This document shows positions 25,381 through 37,956 of a stretch of DNA of 64,000 nt, in pieces. Below the pieces are notes generated by a model. The model ran no database searches. It saw only the letters and a program-made list of their open reading frames with translations, and had not been told where the DNA came from. The stretch covers positions 126,356,001-126,420,000 of the forward strand of contig NC_042999.1 of NCBI RefSeq assembly GCF_006345805.1. The letters run 5' to 3'. The number at the start of each line of letters is the position of its first letter. The stretch's first letter is position 1. This stretch comes from Octopus sinensis (taxonomy: Eukaryota). Both the position numbers and the translations under genes were made by a program.

Positions 25381-25610
25381 GAAGGCGTTCAGCTGGTAGA
25401 GAGGAGAGCACTTTGGACAAAATGCTTAGTAACAATTCTCCGGCTCTTCGCGTTCTGAGTTCAAAGCCACCGAATCCAAATTTGCCTTTCATCCCTTCGG
25501 GTCAATCAAATAAAGTCCCAGCGGAATATTGGTATCTATGTAATCGACTTACCCTCTCCCCTATGATTGCTGCCCTTATACCAAAATTTGAAACCATTAT
25601 TATTATTATT
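25381..25610 (+). mobile_element. SINE-I, tail c
   Basis: Degenerate head and body, then ttgctgcccttataccaaaatttgaaacc(att)n. Confidence 0.8.
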
Positions 25611-26791
25611 TGATGAAAACTCTCAGCTTACTTTGCTGGTGTGATGGAAAGTGTTAGCTGTCCACAACCAGCAGACTAAGGTGACACCTGTTTACTGGGC
25701 ATGCTTCAAGAACCCTGCCAAGAATTCTTGCAATTCAAGCAATGCTGATTATTGTAGGTGTTCAGTTGTACTAGTTTTTTTTTTTTTTTTTTTTTTGAGC
25801 CATGTTGATAGTTGAGTGCTGATACTTCCAAGTGTGACAATTACTATTGGTATCACGTCTACTCTCCTCATTCACCACAAGCTTTGTATTTTCATCTTCA
25901 AATCTTCGTAGTTGTCCAGTTTATTTTATTTTCCTTTGACCCTGTTGTCAACGGGACCTGCTATGTCGATTATCATGCGAGTTCTTTCTTTTTTATTCAC
26001 ATCAACGATGTCCGGTTTCCGATGTCTGGTCAAGTGATCGCACTGAATCATTGCATCCCACAAAATTTTGCAATCTTTATTTCCGGTGACTCCTTCTGGG
26101 GTTTGCTCATACCACGTCTCTGTTCTTTGTAGGCCGTGATTTCCGCAGAGCTCTCAATAGATCATTCTTGCCACGTAGTCATGTCGTCTTTTGTACTTGC
26201 GTTGTGTTAATTCCGGGCATTCACAAACGATATGCCACACCGTTTCACCCCTCTCACCACACATTCTGCTTTTGTCGCTGTCGGTAGTGTTGTCGATTCT
26301 GCACTTTACATAGTCCTTAACGCTTGTTTTTGTGCTGCTCATATAAGTGCTTCTGTCTCTATCTTCAGGTCACTCCTCCTCATCCATAACCACAGCTCTT
26401 CTATATTTATCTTGGCGTTCATATCTCTTGAAAACTGATTGAAAATGTTTCTCTTCCATGCAGTTTCTTAGGTTTTGCTTTGTTTTTTGTTTTTACTTCT
26501 TTCAGTTTTTCTTTACACAATTATCAATTTTGATAACGCTGGACTTCTTCACAAGTTTCAACAATGGATCCACAGTATTTTTACATACCACCCTAAGCTG
26601 TTTTCCTCTGCTTCCATACAATCCAGACAACTGATCAAACCCCTCCCACCCTTTCTTCTGGACAAGTACAGCCTATCGATGTTACTCTTAGGGTGGAAGG
26701 CTCCGTGCCCTGTCAATATTTTTCTTGTCTTCGTATCCATGTTCATTGGTTCTTTCTTTTACCAGTTTAAGATTCCAGCTCCATACCGAAT
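25611..26791 (-). mobile_element. R4/Dong-clade (restriction-like endonuclease) non-LTR retrotransposon, 5'-truncated and decayed
   Basis: Pieces in order: YGAGILNW; HPKSNIDRLYLSRRKGGRGL; CCHC-type region RMCGERGETVWHIVCEC..KRRHDYVA; RLE region LWDAMIQCDH..RKPDIV..IIDIA..; ARILGRVLEA; then a short 3' UTR and (TAA)n. Both junctions lie in (TAA)n. Confidence 0.9.
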
Positions 26792-27100
<309 letters not shown>

Positions 27101-27589
27101 ACCTATGCACGCAAAGGCATGTGTGATCTCAGTACTTTAAATATTTTCCAATTAATTTCCGTTGCACAAACATTCCTCAATTATACTTAATTCCACACAC
27201 ACACACACACACACATGCACACGCGCGCGAGTGCATACATATACACACGCACGCACACGCGCGCGCAAACACTCGCGCACATAAACTGACTATTACAGCA
27301 TGTGTACAAATATAAAATGCAACTATAAAAATATACCTACAAGTCATACATCATCATCATCATCATCGCCATAATCATCATCATCATCATCATCATCATT
27401 AGAAACAACATTGTCTTCACATATGCACATCATACGAGGTACGTACAAGTGCATGCTCCGACTGAAACTCAACTGCAGAATTTGGAATCACAGTCACATA
27501 CGCTCACAAACACACACGCACGTATACATGCCACAGTACACTGGCTACTGGACCATACATAAATACATACATATATACATACTACATTT

Positions 27590-27692
27590 TGAGACTGCTC
27601 AGTAGCACTGCGTGGCACCTTGAGCAAGTGCCTTCTACTATAGTCTCGGGCCAACCAAAATATGGCGAGTGAATTTGGTAGATGGAAACCTG
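27590..27692 (+). mobile_element. SINE-III fragment
   Basis: cactgcgtggcaccttgagcaagtg..tcgggccaaccaaa..gaatttggtagatggaaac, then (TA)n. Confidence 0.8.
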
Positions 27693-27751
<59 letters not shown>

Positions 27752-27760
27752 ATATATATA

Positions 27761-28263
27761 CGAGGTAGTATCAAAAAGTTCCCGAACTAGTTCTGTAGCG
27801 CACCAACAGATGGCACCACATGGTTGCGTGTGCACTGAGAACTAGCAGTGTCCTTCATAAGGCAGTGTGCCGAGTGAGATCGCTATGCTTACTTCGCAAA
27901 TTGTGAAATCTGTGTTTTTGTGATCACGTTTATACTGTAGTCTGCGATTTTTTCATGGACAGGAGGTTGGAAGAAAGAGCCAACGTGAAATTTTGCGTTA
28001 AACTTGGGAAGTTTGCTACAGAGACATTGAGCATGCTTCGACAAGCCTACAGCAACGAGGCAATGGGTTGTATGCAATGTTTCAAATGGCACGGACGCAC
28101 GACAGAGTTGCAACTCAGTCAAGAGCATGCTCATCGTTTTGTTTTTCGACATCCACGATATCGTGCATCGAGAAAACGTCCCACAAAGTTAGACCATCAA
28201 TCGAAAGTTCTACTGCGACGTTTTGAAGCGTTTGAGGGGGGACATTCGGTGAAAGCGACCGGA
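27761..28263 (+). mobile_element. Mariner DNA transposon, internally deleted, right end missing
   Basis: TA-flanked left TIR CGAGGTAGTATCAAAAAGTTCC. The HTH N-terminus EERANVKFCVKLGKFATETLSMLRQAY is joined to the catalytic-domain piece MLIVLFFDIHDIVHRENVPQS*TINRKFYCDVLKRLR..KRP. Confidence 0.9.
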
Positions 28264-28272
28264 TATATATAC

Positions 28273-28321
<49 letters not shown>

Positions 28322-29203
28322 GGTATGTAACGTTGGGTTGATCATGTATGAAACTGAAGAGATCTTAACCATATTGATTCTTTCAAATAAGTTGATAAAA
28401 TAACTACTAGTGTGCTGGTTAACTATATGGAAGCTTGAAATTTACAACGCTGATTATGGCATCAAATGGAAAATTTTAGAATGAATTAGTCCATACACGA
28501 AACGGGTCGAGAATTGTCAGCTACGTGCAACGGGAAAATTCTACGAATTACTTAAACATCAGAACATATTTTTCACAAGTCACCCTCACTTTAATAAGTA
28601 CTTTCTAAGCCAGTAGAAAATACTATTCACACTAGATTAGTAAAATAAACTTACCAACATCTAACAGTCACCGTACTCACAATGGATTCCCAAACTCCTT
28701 ACCTCTTGACTTGTTTCTTATAATTTTCCACATTGATACTCAGATTTTACATGATGTTTCCACATTTTTAAAATACACATTTTTAGAACATCCCACTGAT
28801 TAAATAGACCCTCAAGTCTTTCCCATGTTTGTCACACAGGCATCGTCATACACTTCTGCATATCTAATTCACCCAAAGATATCTACATGAACAGCTTAAC
28901 TACTGTATATATAGGATAGGACAAGGCTGCTTCTCTTTGCGGATGAGTGACACTACCCATGAATTCAAGTCTCTCTCGTACCACTAATATTTATTCAAGA
29001 GAAAAACCACCATTTTAAAGCCGATATAGCTTGGTACCAATCACGCAGGCATTGCTGTCAGCAAGAAAATAAGAATTAAAAAAAAGTGAACAGAATATTA
29101 AAAAACAATAAGCCTGAGGTACTGTGAGATTGAAGTTGATAACTAAAATTGCTATTTAAAATAGGAATAATACGAACTAGGACTGACACTCACATCCCGG
29201 CAG

Positions 29204-29257
<54 letters not shown>

Positions 29258-29560
29258 AATTATGATATATCAATATGCAGTTAGACTGGACGTCTATATG
29301 TTAATGTTTCTTATGTGAGATTAATACAAAGACGTGCTGTCAGATATAATCGAACGGTACGTACATACAGATGTATATATACATGAATACATATGCAGTA
29401 TGTGTATATTATGCGCGCGTGTGTGTGTGTGTGTGTGTGCGTATATGTATGTATATGGGAAACTAGCAATAGCGACAAAGCGACGATTCAACTCCTAGTC
29501 AATGAATAGATTCTCTCTTTCTCAGTCTTTCACTTCTAGACACAGCCTCTCCCCGTCTCT

Positions 29561-29621
<61 letters not shown>

Positions 29622-30360
29622 CTATCTATTTCTCTCTCTCTCTCTCTCTCCCTATCTCTCTCTCTGCGTATAATGTGTGTGTTTGCGTGCGTGCGTGCGG
29701 GCGTACGCTTCTGTGTGCGGTTGCATCTGTGTGTATGTGTGAGTGTGTGGTGTGTGTGTGTATATGTTTGTGTGTATGTGTGTGTGTGTGTATATATGTG
29801 TGTGTGTATGTGTGTGTGTGTGTATTCACATACACATAATTATAGATGTACAGAAATATATTGGGCTATTTCTATATGAATAAATGTATATAGTGTGAAC
29901 GAGTGTGTCAACCCAATCTCTGTAAAGCTATGCAAGGATCTTACTGTATATAACAATGCTTTTAAAATTTCCGCTGTGACACGTTTGCACTAAGTTTGAC
30001 ATCAGTCCGTAGTTAGGAACTGTTATACTTAAACATCTTCATACGCACAAGCATGCGCGCGCACATACACGTACAAGCCCCGAGATTTTTTTTTGTTTAG
30101 TTTTTGCTTTAGTTTTCACCTAATGCTCAGTACATATATACATGTGTGTGTGTGGTTTATACATACATACATATATATTATACGTATTGCATATATACGT
30201 ATATATATAGAGATATTATATATATATATGTATATATATTATTATATATATATATATATAATATATATATATATGTATATATATATATATGCATATATAT
30301 ATAATATATATATATATATACAAGCATATATAAATACATATATATATATAAATACTTATT

Positions 30361-30397
<37 letters not shown>

Positions 30398-30432
30398 ATA
30401 TATATATATATATATATCTATATATATATATA

Positions 30433-30472
<40 letters not shown>

Positions 30473-30573
30473 CACTAGTAAAAACACCCGTCGTCAACTA
30501 GTTTGAAAGAAGCTGGCAGAACTGTACTATGAATATTGAAAGTTATTCACACAGATCGTATTGAACATAAATA

Positions 30574-30688
30574 AGAAATGGCTGTTAAGTTTCATGTAGA
30601 TAATAGAGCTGTACCCTTCTGGCAAATATATCAGAAATGACTGCCAACTTTCATGCGAACGATAGAGCTGTTTCCTTCTGGCCAATAC
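30574..30688. repeat. Diverged ~59-bp tandem duplication
   Basis: agaaatg(g/a)ctg..tttcatg..atagagctgt..ccttctgg occurs twice. Confidence 0.75.
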
Positions 30689-30707
30689 TATCATATCTAT
30701 TATATCA

Positions 30708-30756
<49 letters not shown>

Positions 30757-31247
30757 ATAAAAAGTAACAACAAAAGAATGAGACCTCGATATTAGATAAA
30801 TAGAAGATTGTTTGTATATGTTATAATTTAGAACAAACTGTAGAAGGATGTCATTATAGTACTCAGAGTTTCGAATGTCGGAACAAAGAGCTACGATGCA
30901 TTCTCGTCGGCGATTAATGACAACAGACACTATAAAAACTGTTCAATAAAATGGTAGTTACTCTAATAGGTAGAAAAAGAAGAAAGATAAAGATAAAAAA
31001 ATACACGCAACAATTTTCTTAGAATACATAGACATAAACCTCCTGCGTTCGCAACGTCTACATACGTACACACTCACACAAACATGTATACGTACATGCA
31101 CATACACACACACAAACATATATGTGTATATACGTACTCATACATGCGCACATATCCACACATATATCATATATTATATATATTATACTGTGAGTGTACA
31201 TATATATATATATTATATAGAGAGAGAGAGAGAGAGAGAGAAAGAAA

Positions 31248-31279
<32 letters not shown>

Positions 31280-31296
31280 TTTTAAATATATATATT

Positions 31297-31641
31297 CTTT
31301 TCTTTCATTCTTTTACTTGTTTCAGTAAGTTGACTGCGGCTATGTTGGAACACCGCCTTTAGTCGAAGAAATCAACCCCAAGACTTATTCTTTTTAAGCC
31401 TAGAACTTATTCTATCGATTTCTTTTGCCGAACTGCTAAGTTACGGGGGTGTAAACACACCAACATTGGTTGTCAAGTGATGGGGCGAGCACAAACACAG
31501 ACACACAGACATATACATATATGTATATATACGACGAGCTTCTTTCAGTTTTCGTCCACCAAATCCATCCAGAAAGCTTTGGTCGGCCCGAGGCTATACT
31601 ATAGCTCAAGGTCCACGTAGTGCGACTGAACCCGGAACCAT
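31297..31641 (-). mobile_element. SINE-III, head truncated
   Basis: Reverse complement reads ggttccgggttcagtcgcac..gccgaccaaagc..[short microsatellite]..cacttgacaaccaatgttggtgtgtttac..ggcggtgttccaacatagccgcagtc..ctgaaacaagtaaaag. Confidence 0.88.
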
Positions 31642-31647
31642 ATATAG

Positions 31648-31718
<71 letters not shown>

Positions 31719-31844
31719 CATATAATTTTTATCCAGACAGAGACAACGCTGGGTCAACACCGTTTACTTTGATATACTTTCACGAAACCTCCTCTGATAT
31801 TTGACATTTGGTGGATGAGGAAGTTTGATTTTGCTGTCCTCATC

Positions 31845-32290
31845 TGTGTCTCTTACCTAGAGGTAGGTTCATCCGACAGAAGGAGATCTAGTTTTGTTTT
31901 GAAAAATCCTACATCCACACCATGCAGGTGTCTCAGGCTTTGTAGGAGGATATTGAAGTAGTATTGGCCTTTGAAGCTCAAGCTGTTGCAGTATCTGGTC
32001 CTATATCCTAAGGGCAATGTTGGGACCTTTGGTACCATGCAGAAGCACCCTGTTCTGTTGTTTGTGTAAGTCCTCCAAAGAACCGTCATGGGTCGTGGTT
32101 ACCTTTTCACTTGTTTTGAAAAGTTCGAAGGATCCACCCGTCCAAACAACTGCATTTTATTGCCAACTTAGTAATGTGCACCTGTAAAGATGCATCATTA
32201 CTCATGTCAATGCCCAGGTAACGTAGTGATTTTGATTCAGGGATTGGAATCTCTCCTGGGTCAGTGAACGTTTCGTTACGAAACAACATC
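31845..32290 (-). mobile_element. CR1/L2-group LINE ORF2 fragment, internally deleted
   Basis: LRYLGIDMSNDASLQVHI..GWILRTF (RT thumb region) joined to RTRYCNSLSFKG..FNILLQSLRHLHGVDVGFFKTKLDL..DEP. Confidence 0.8.
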
Positions 32291-32404
32291 TAGTAAGCAA
32301 AGATTTTTTTTTGAAAGCGTCGAATGTGTTTCGTATTGACAAGAAAGTAATATTCCGAATGCCGTGAAAACAGCAGAAAGATTGAGTATTTTACCCTTAT
32401 AAGA

Positions 32405-32501
32405 CGGAAAAAAAGTTGGCCGCAGGCAACCACAGGACTCGAACTAGATCCCCTCTTATAACAGCTGAGTACTCTACTATTAAGCTAAACTGGCCGCTGA
32501 C
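32405..32501 (-). pseudogene. tRNA-like Pol III remnant with a T-run
   Basis: A-box-like TAGCTTAATAGT, loop CTGTTAT (GTT), B-box-like AGTTCGAGTCC, and a downstream T7. The acceptor and T stems do not pair, so this is not a functional tRNA. Confidence 0.45.
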
Positions 32502-32714
32502 ATCAATACCTACCAAATTAAACGCTAAATATCATAGCATTATTTTAATGCAACAACATATTGTAAACAAAACTTATTATTTTATGCATATGTATATATA
32601 TATATTATAGATATATATATATATATTAATATATATATATATATATACATACACACACACACACATATCTATATAGAGAGAGATAGTGTGTGACAGAGAG
32701 AGAGTGAGTGATAG

Positions 32715-32865
<151 letters not shown>

Positions 32866-33472
32866 GTCTGTAAATGCCTGTGTGAGAATGTATTAAGTTT
32901 TATAACTGCGCTTGTTAAATGTATTAATTTGTTAAAGATTATGTAGAAATAATTAACTGGTATGACGTTGAAATATTAGATTACCTACGCAGTAATTTAC
33001 ATCGTAATTTACCAGTTGGTCTTTAAAGAATTGTGCACTAGCTAAACTGCATTTGACAGCCATGTACGATCTTACAAAATAGAACTGACGTTCATATGTT
33101 AGGAGAAACATAAAACATACAGTACATTCGGACGCTCTAGATTATAAAGAAACAGAAACAAATCAATCCAACTTCATTCCATAATTTGTTAGTAATATTT
33201 TTCATAGCTTCTTTCACAATTATGAAAACAATTATATGTCGATGTTTGGGTACATTTTAATGAGTCATACCACTTTAAAATATGCTTCCGTGTTACCTTT
33301 ATGAAAGAACATGAACAATAACGTGAGATATTAGTGAAAACATTCTTGTTACACTCCACTTCTGACTCATTATATGTCTCTCGAAGCATTTTACAGTGAT
33401 GTCCTATAGATATCAATTAGAATTTATGTTTAACTGTTGTATCAGTACTTACTACTACAACACTGCGCTCAT

Positions 33473-33869
33473 TAATAATCCTGTCTACTATAGGCACAAG
33501 ACCTGAAATTTGGGGTGGGGGGGAGTCAATTACATCGACCCCAGTACGCAACTGGTACTTAATTTACCGCTCCCGAAAGGATGAAATGCAAAATCGACCT
33601 CGGCGGAATTTGAACTCAGAACGTAGCGGCAGACGAAATACCTATTTCTTTACTACCCACAAGGGGCTAAACACAGAGAGGATAAACAAGGGCAGACAAA
33701 CGGATTAAGTCGATTATATCGACCCCAGTGCGTAACTGGTACTTATTTAATCGACCCCGAAAGGATGAAAGGCAAAGTCGACCTTGGCGGAATTTGAACT
33801 CAGAACGTGACGGCAGACGAATGCTAAGCATTTCGCCCGGTGTGCTAACGTTTCTGCCAGCTCACCGCC
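33473..33869 (-). mobile_element. SINE-I dimer (tail a internal, tail b terminal)
   Basis: Same gtaaagaaata|ggtatttcgtctg junction as at 11176 and 14587. Ends ..cttgtgcctatagtagacaggattatt. Confidence 0.9.
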
Positions 33870-33899
33870 TTTAACTGCGCTTGCTATTATTATTATTAT

Positions 33900-33916
33900 T
33901 ATTATTAATAATAATA

Positions 33917-33960
<44 letters not shown>

Positions 33961-34146
33961 GTTTCAAATTGTGACACAAGGCCAGCAATTTCGGGAGCGG
34001 AAGTTCGTTGATTACATTGATCCCCAGTGCTCAGCTGGTACTTATTTTATCGACCTCGAAAGGATGAAAAACAAAGCCGACCTCGGTTGAATTTGAACTC
34101 TGAACGTAAAGACGGACTGAATGCCGCTATTTCCCCAACTCGCCGT
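33900..34146 (-). mobile_element. SINE-I, tail c with (ATT)n
   Basis: Reverse complement: body, then aaattgctggccttgtgtcacaatttgaaacc(att)n. Confidence 0.85.
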
Positions 34147-34149
34147 TTA

Positions 34150-34343
34150 AATAATGAAAATAATAATAATCCTTTCTACGATAGGCGCAAGGCCTGAAAT
34201 TTGGAGAGAAGGGGTTAGCCGATTATATCGACCTTAGTACTCAACAAGTACTTGTTTTATCAACACCCAAAACATGAAAGGCAAAGTCGAAATGCCGCTA
34301 AGTATTTTAAGCGGTGGGCTAACGGTTCAGCCAGCTGGCCGTC
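34150..34343 (-). mobile_element. SINE-I, tail b, internally deleted
   Basis: Reverse complement: head, part of the body, then aaatttcaggccttgcgcctatcgtagaaaggattatt. Confidence 0.8.
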
Positions 34344-34361
34344 TAAATAATAATAATAATG

Positions 34362-34413
<52 letters not shown>

Positions 34414-34437
34414 TAATAATAATAATAATAATAATAA

Positions 34438-34572
34438 CACCATGTCGCGCACATATGGTTGTGATGCATGTGCCTGGTGTACCCTTATCAGACGGGTAGT
34501 CATGATGGGCATATTGGGCTTCGTATATTTTACCCCAGTGTCACTTTGATGGCATTAACTGCTCTCTCACTC
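34438..34572 (+). mobile_element. ~135-bp insert within (TAA)n; probable 3' stub of a TAA-targeting retroelement
   Basis: Complex sequence bounded by (AAT)n on both sides. Ends ctcactcAATAATAA, similar to the Dong-type end catcaAATAATAA. Confidence 0.45.
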
Positions 34573-34579
<7 letters not shown>

Positions 34580-34627
<48 letters not shown>

Positions 34628-34822
34628 GTCGTTTCTAATTTTGGTACAAGACAAGCAATTTCGGGGGAGGGGTAAGTCGGTTACATCGACCCCAGTGTCC
34701 AAATGATATTTATTTTATCGACCTCGAAAAGAAGAAAAGTAAAGTTGATTTCGGTAGCATTTAAACTCACAATTTGAAGTCGGACAAAATGCCCCGAAGC
34801 ATTTTATCCGGAGTGCCAGCTA
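34580..34822 (-). mobile_element. SINE-I, tail c, degenerate
   Basis: Reverse complement: body, then aaattgcttgtcttgtaccaaaattagaaac..(att)n. Confidence 0.78.
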
Positions 34823-34904
34823 ATGATGATGATGATGATGATGATGATGAGGAGGAGGAGGAGGAGGAGGAGGAGGAGGAGGAGGAGGAGAAGGAGGAGG
34901 AGGA

Positions 34905-36722
34905 GGTTTTCTTTATTAACCACTAATGGTTCACAATAGATCCAGAACGTTAGAGGACCATACGATGTAAGTTACATAAGCGCGTGTAAAAAGTAAAATT
35001 ACAGAAACAAAGAAACAAAGAAACAAAAAATCCAAAGGAGAAATAATTCCCCAAAATGGAGGAGACCTCCGAGGACTGCTCATGGAAATCCAACAAAACC
35101 ACAGTCACCCACACCACTAGGGCAAGTTCCCTCTGAGAGCAAGCCCGTTCACCCGAACAATCCTTGCCATCTTCATTCACCTTTCAACAAATTTGCTGGG
35201 AAGCAGCACTTCCCTCTCTACTCTCACTTCCTTTCTTAAATGAAACTGGAAAAAATTTTATGAAAGCTTTGTCAGAGAGGAAAGAGTATTTCTTCAATCC
35301 TTTCAGTCTTGTCTATCACACAACCTCTTTAGCCAAAGCCATAAGGCACACTAAGACTGTCTGTCCCTCCCGGCCAAAGGAGGCGGTGGGATTCAGCAGC
35401 TAGCCAGATCCCGCATACACAAGACAAGTGATCGATGTGACTCCACAAGTCATCAATGTTCGGGTATGGACGAATACGAGCAGAAGTTTCGCTGCTCTGT
35501 GTGCATTTCTGGCAGTCTCAGAACAGCAGGCACTTCAGTTTGTTGAGATGTGAACTGAGGCAAGACACTACGGTAAGGTAGTAATATATGAGGAGGTGAT
35601 ATAAATGCTCACCACCTCTGCGTGACCTTTCAGGAATAACTCCCACTCGATGCATTTCAGGATCAGATCGGCCACTCTGCTGGCCGCATTGACCCAGTTC
35701 TTCTCTAGACCAAACCAAACCTCAAGCGATTTAACTCATTTGTCCGTCCAACGTTCTACAACGCCTTGGATAGCATGGATATGCCTCTGCATGTGTCGAG
35801 CAGCAGACCCCACACCTAAATTTTCCTGTTTGGTTTTTCATGTCACCACCTCATAGTCCCTTAGAGCAGTGCCGATCAGATCTCTGTGGATGGTATCCGA
35901 CACTATGACAAGGAGTCACCTGCGTATGCCGACACGGAGCTTCCGCATACTAATTCGCACGGGAAGCCCCTCAACGACTCTAGTTTCTGAAGTAGTGGCT
36001 CAAGAGTCAGTACATACAGAAGAAACGAAAAGTAACAATTTTGACGGACTGAGCGTTTGATGCTGAATGGTTCCGATAGATGGACGTTCACCATAACTAC
36101 TGAACAGATGGTGTACACTGCAGCGATCCGATTGTGGGAGACAGGGGTACAACCACCAAGTGTTAGTGGTCGAACTTATCGAAAACTTTCAATTGATCTA
36201 AGTTGATCAGGGCACCACTCATGCTAGGTTACTTAACCACCCTATGAGGTATCAAACGAGATGGCGGTCGTCGTGAATAGATCTGCTCGGAATGGCTCGT
36301 GTTTGCGCATCACTAATTAGACTATCGATGACTAGCGCCTCTTTGCTATCGCTTTAGCCAAAAGTATTAGTGTTACTCGACTCTCAGAACTGGGAATTCT
36401 CCCGTTCTGTTGCCACATGCAATATATATCTGCCAAGAGGTCTCAAGCAACTCTGGTATATAAAAGTATAGCTCGTAGAGCAAGATCATCCAAATCACGT
36501 GACTTGCTCTCCGCGAAGCCAAGCATTACTTCCTTTATTTCCTCAATTGTTGTGGGATTTCTGCAACATTCTGCTTCTCTAGCTGAAATACGCGGGAGGC
36601 CGTCGAAGTAGGTACTGAAATCAATCTTGCACTACGGCCCGCCATTCGTACCGAAGTCGACTGAAAAACTGCTGGAAAACTGTGCACATCTGCTTGGAGT
36701 CGAGTCACAAATCGAAGACAAC
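34905..36722 (-). mobile_element. Tx1/L1-clade LINE, 3' part of ORF2 (RT and C-terminal region) plus 3' UTR, decayed
   Basis: Frameshifted pieces: LPRISAREAECC..ESKSRDLD; AIPSRSIHDD..GALINLDQ.KVFDK; SVVMVNVHLSEPFSIKRSVRQNC..LLYVLTLEPLL..VSAYAGD (degenerate QGCPLSP/YADD); LAKEVV..TRLKGL..FHLRKEVRVERE. Terminus ..gtggttaataaagaaaacc. Confidence 0.9.
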
Positions 36723-36924
36723 ACGACAGTCCACTATATATGTGTATGTGGTGTCTGTATGTGTGAGTGTGTGTTTGTGTCTGTAAATGTGTAGGTAGAG
36801 GGAGAGAGGAAATGAGCAGATAAACAAACCACACACATATATGTATATATATCTATATATATACAAATATATATATATATCGATATAGATAGATATATTG
36901 TATATCTATCTATATCTCTCTATC

Positions 36925-37029
<105 letters not shown>

Positions 37030-37044
37030 ATATACTACATATAC

Positions 37045-37076
<32 letters not shown>

Positions 37077-37108
37077 GTGTGGTGTGTGTGTTGTGTGTGT
37101 GTGTGTGT

Positions 37109-37405
37109 GGAGGTGCAATGGCCCAGTGGTTATGGCAGCGGACTCGCGGTCGGAGGATCGTGGTTTCGATTCCCAGACCGGGCGTTGTGTGTGTTTATTG
37201 AGCGAAAACACCTAGAAGCTCCATGAGGCTCCGGCAGGGGTTGGTGATCCCTGCTGTACTATTTCACCACTCTTTCTCTCACTCTTTCTTCTGTTGGCCT
37301 GCTCGCTTAGCCAGCGGGGTGGCGTCGTTCGAAGGCTAAAACAATGCGAATGTATTGTGACCAGCGATGTGTAGCAACATCTGATGGTCTGGTCGGTCAC
37401 GTGAT

Positions 37406-37413
<8 letters not shown>
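37109..37413 (+). mobile_element. SINE-II, full length
   Basis: tRNA-like head with A-box TGGCCCAGTGG and B-box GGTTTCGATTCC; tail gtcacgtgatcacgtga then (TA)n. Homologous to 6091-6390. Confidence 0.92.
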
Positions 37414-37453
<40 letters not shown>

Positions 37454-37871
37454 ATATGCATACAAACACACACATACGTATATGTATACACACACACGTA
37501 CACACACACACCACAGACACTCGTACGCACGCGCATACAGACGCTTAAACACTTGTCTTTATTCACGAAACTAGTTAAATAAGCTATTCGGTTGCTGCTT
37601 TTCCATTGTCCTTTTTCTTTGGTTACTTAAAATTACTTTGGAAAGTGTGAACTCAATTGGATATCCTCTGAAAATAGGGCTTTTAAGCAGACGTTTATCA
37701 ACTCAAGACGTCTAGAGTAGTGGAGTTCCTGAGTGACCAAGTTAAATGATTGACCTTATCGTGAAGCAAATCATTCGAACCATATTTTTTTTTACAGAGC
37801 GTTGTCGTGGACATTTTAACTTTTGACTTACATATTTAGTTTTTAGAGTGATTTGTTTATGCATATATATA

Positions 37872-37905
<34 letters not shown>

Positions 37906-37912
37906 ATGTATA

Positions 37913-37956
<44 letters not shown>

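Noticed and set aside
28600-29050. Very old RT-like remnant (minus); similar hints at 13940-14110, 17950-18700, 43130-43360 and 48430-48900
   Set aside because: Only faint, frameshifted motif echoes; would need a profile search to call.
32405-32501. Functional tRNA-Asn gene
   Set aside because: Acceptor and T stems fail to pair; kept only as a tRNA-like remnant.
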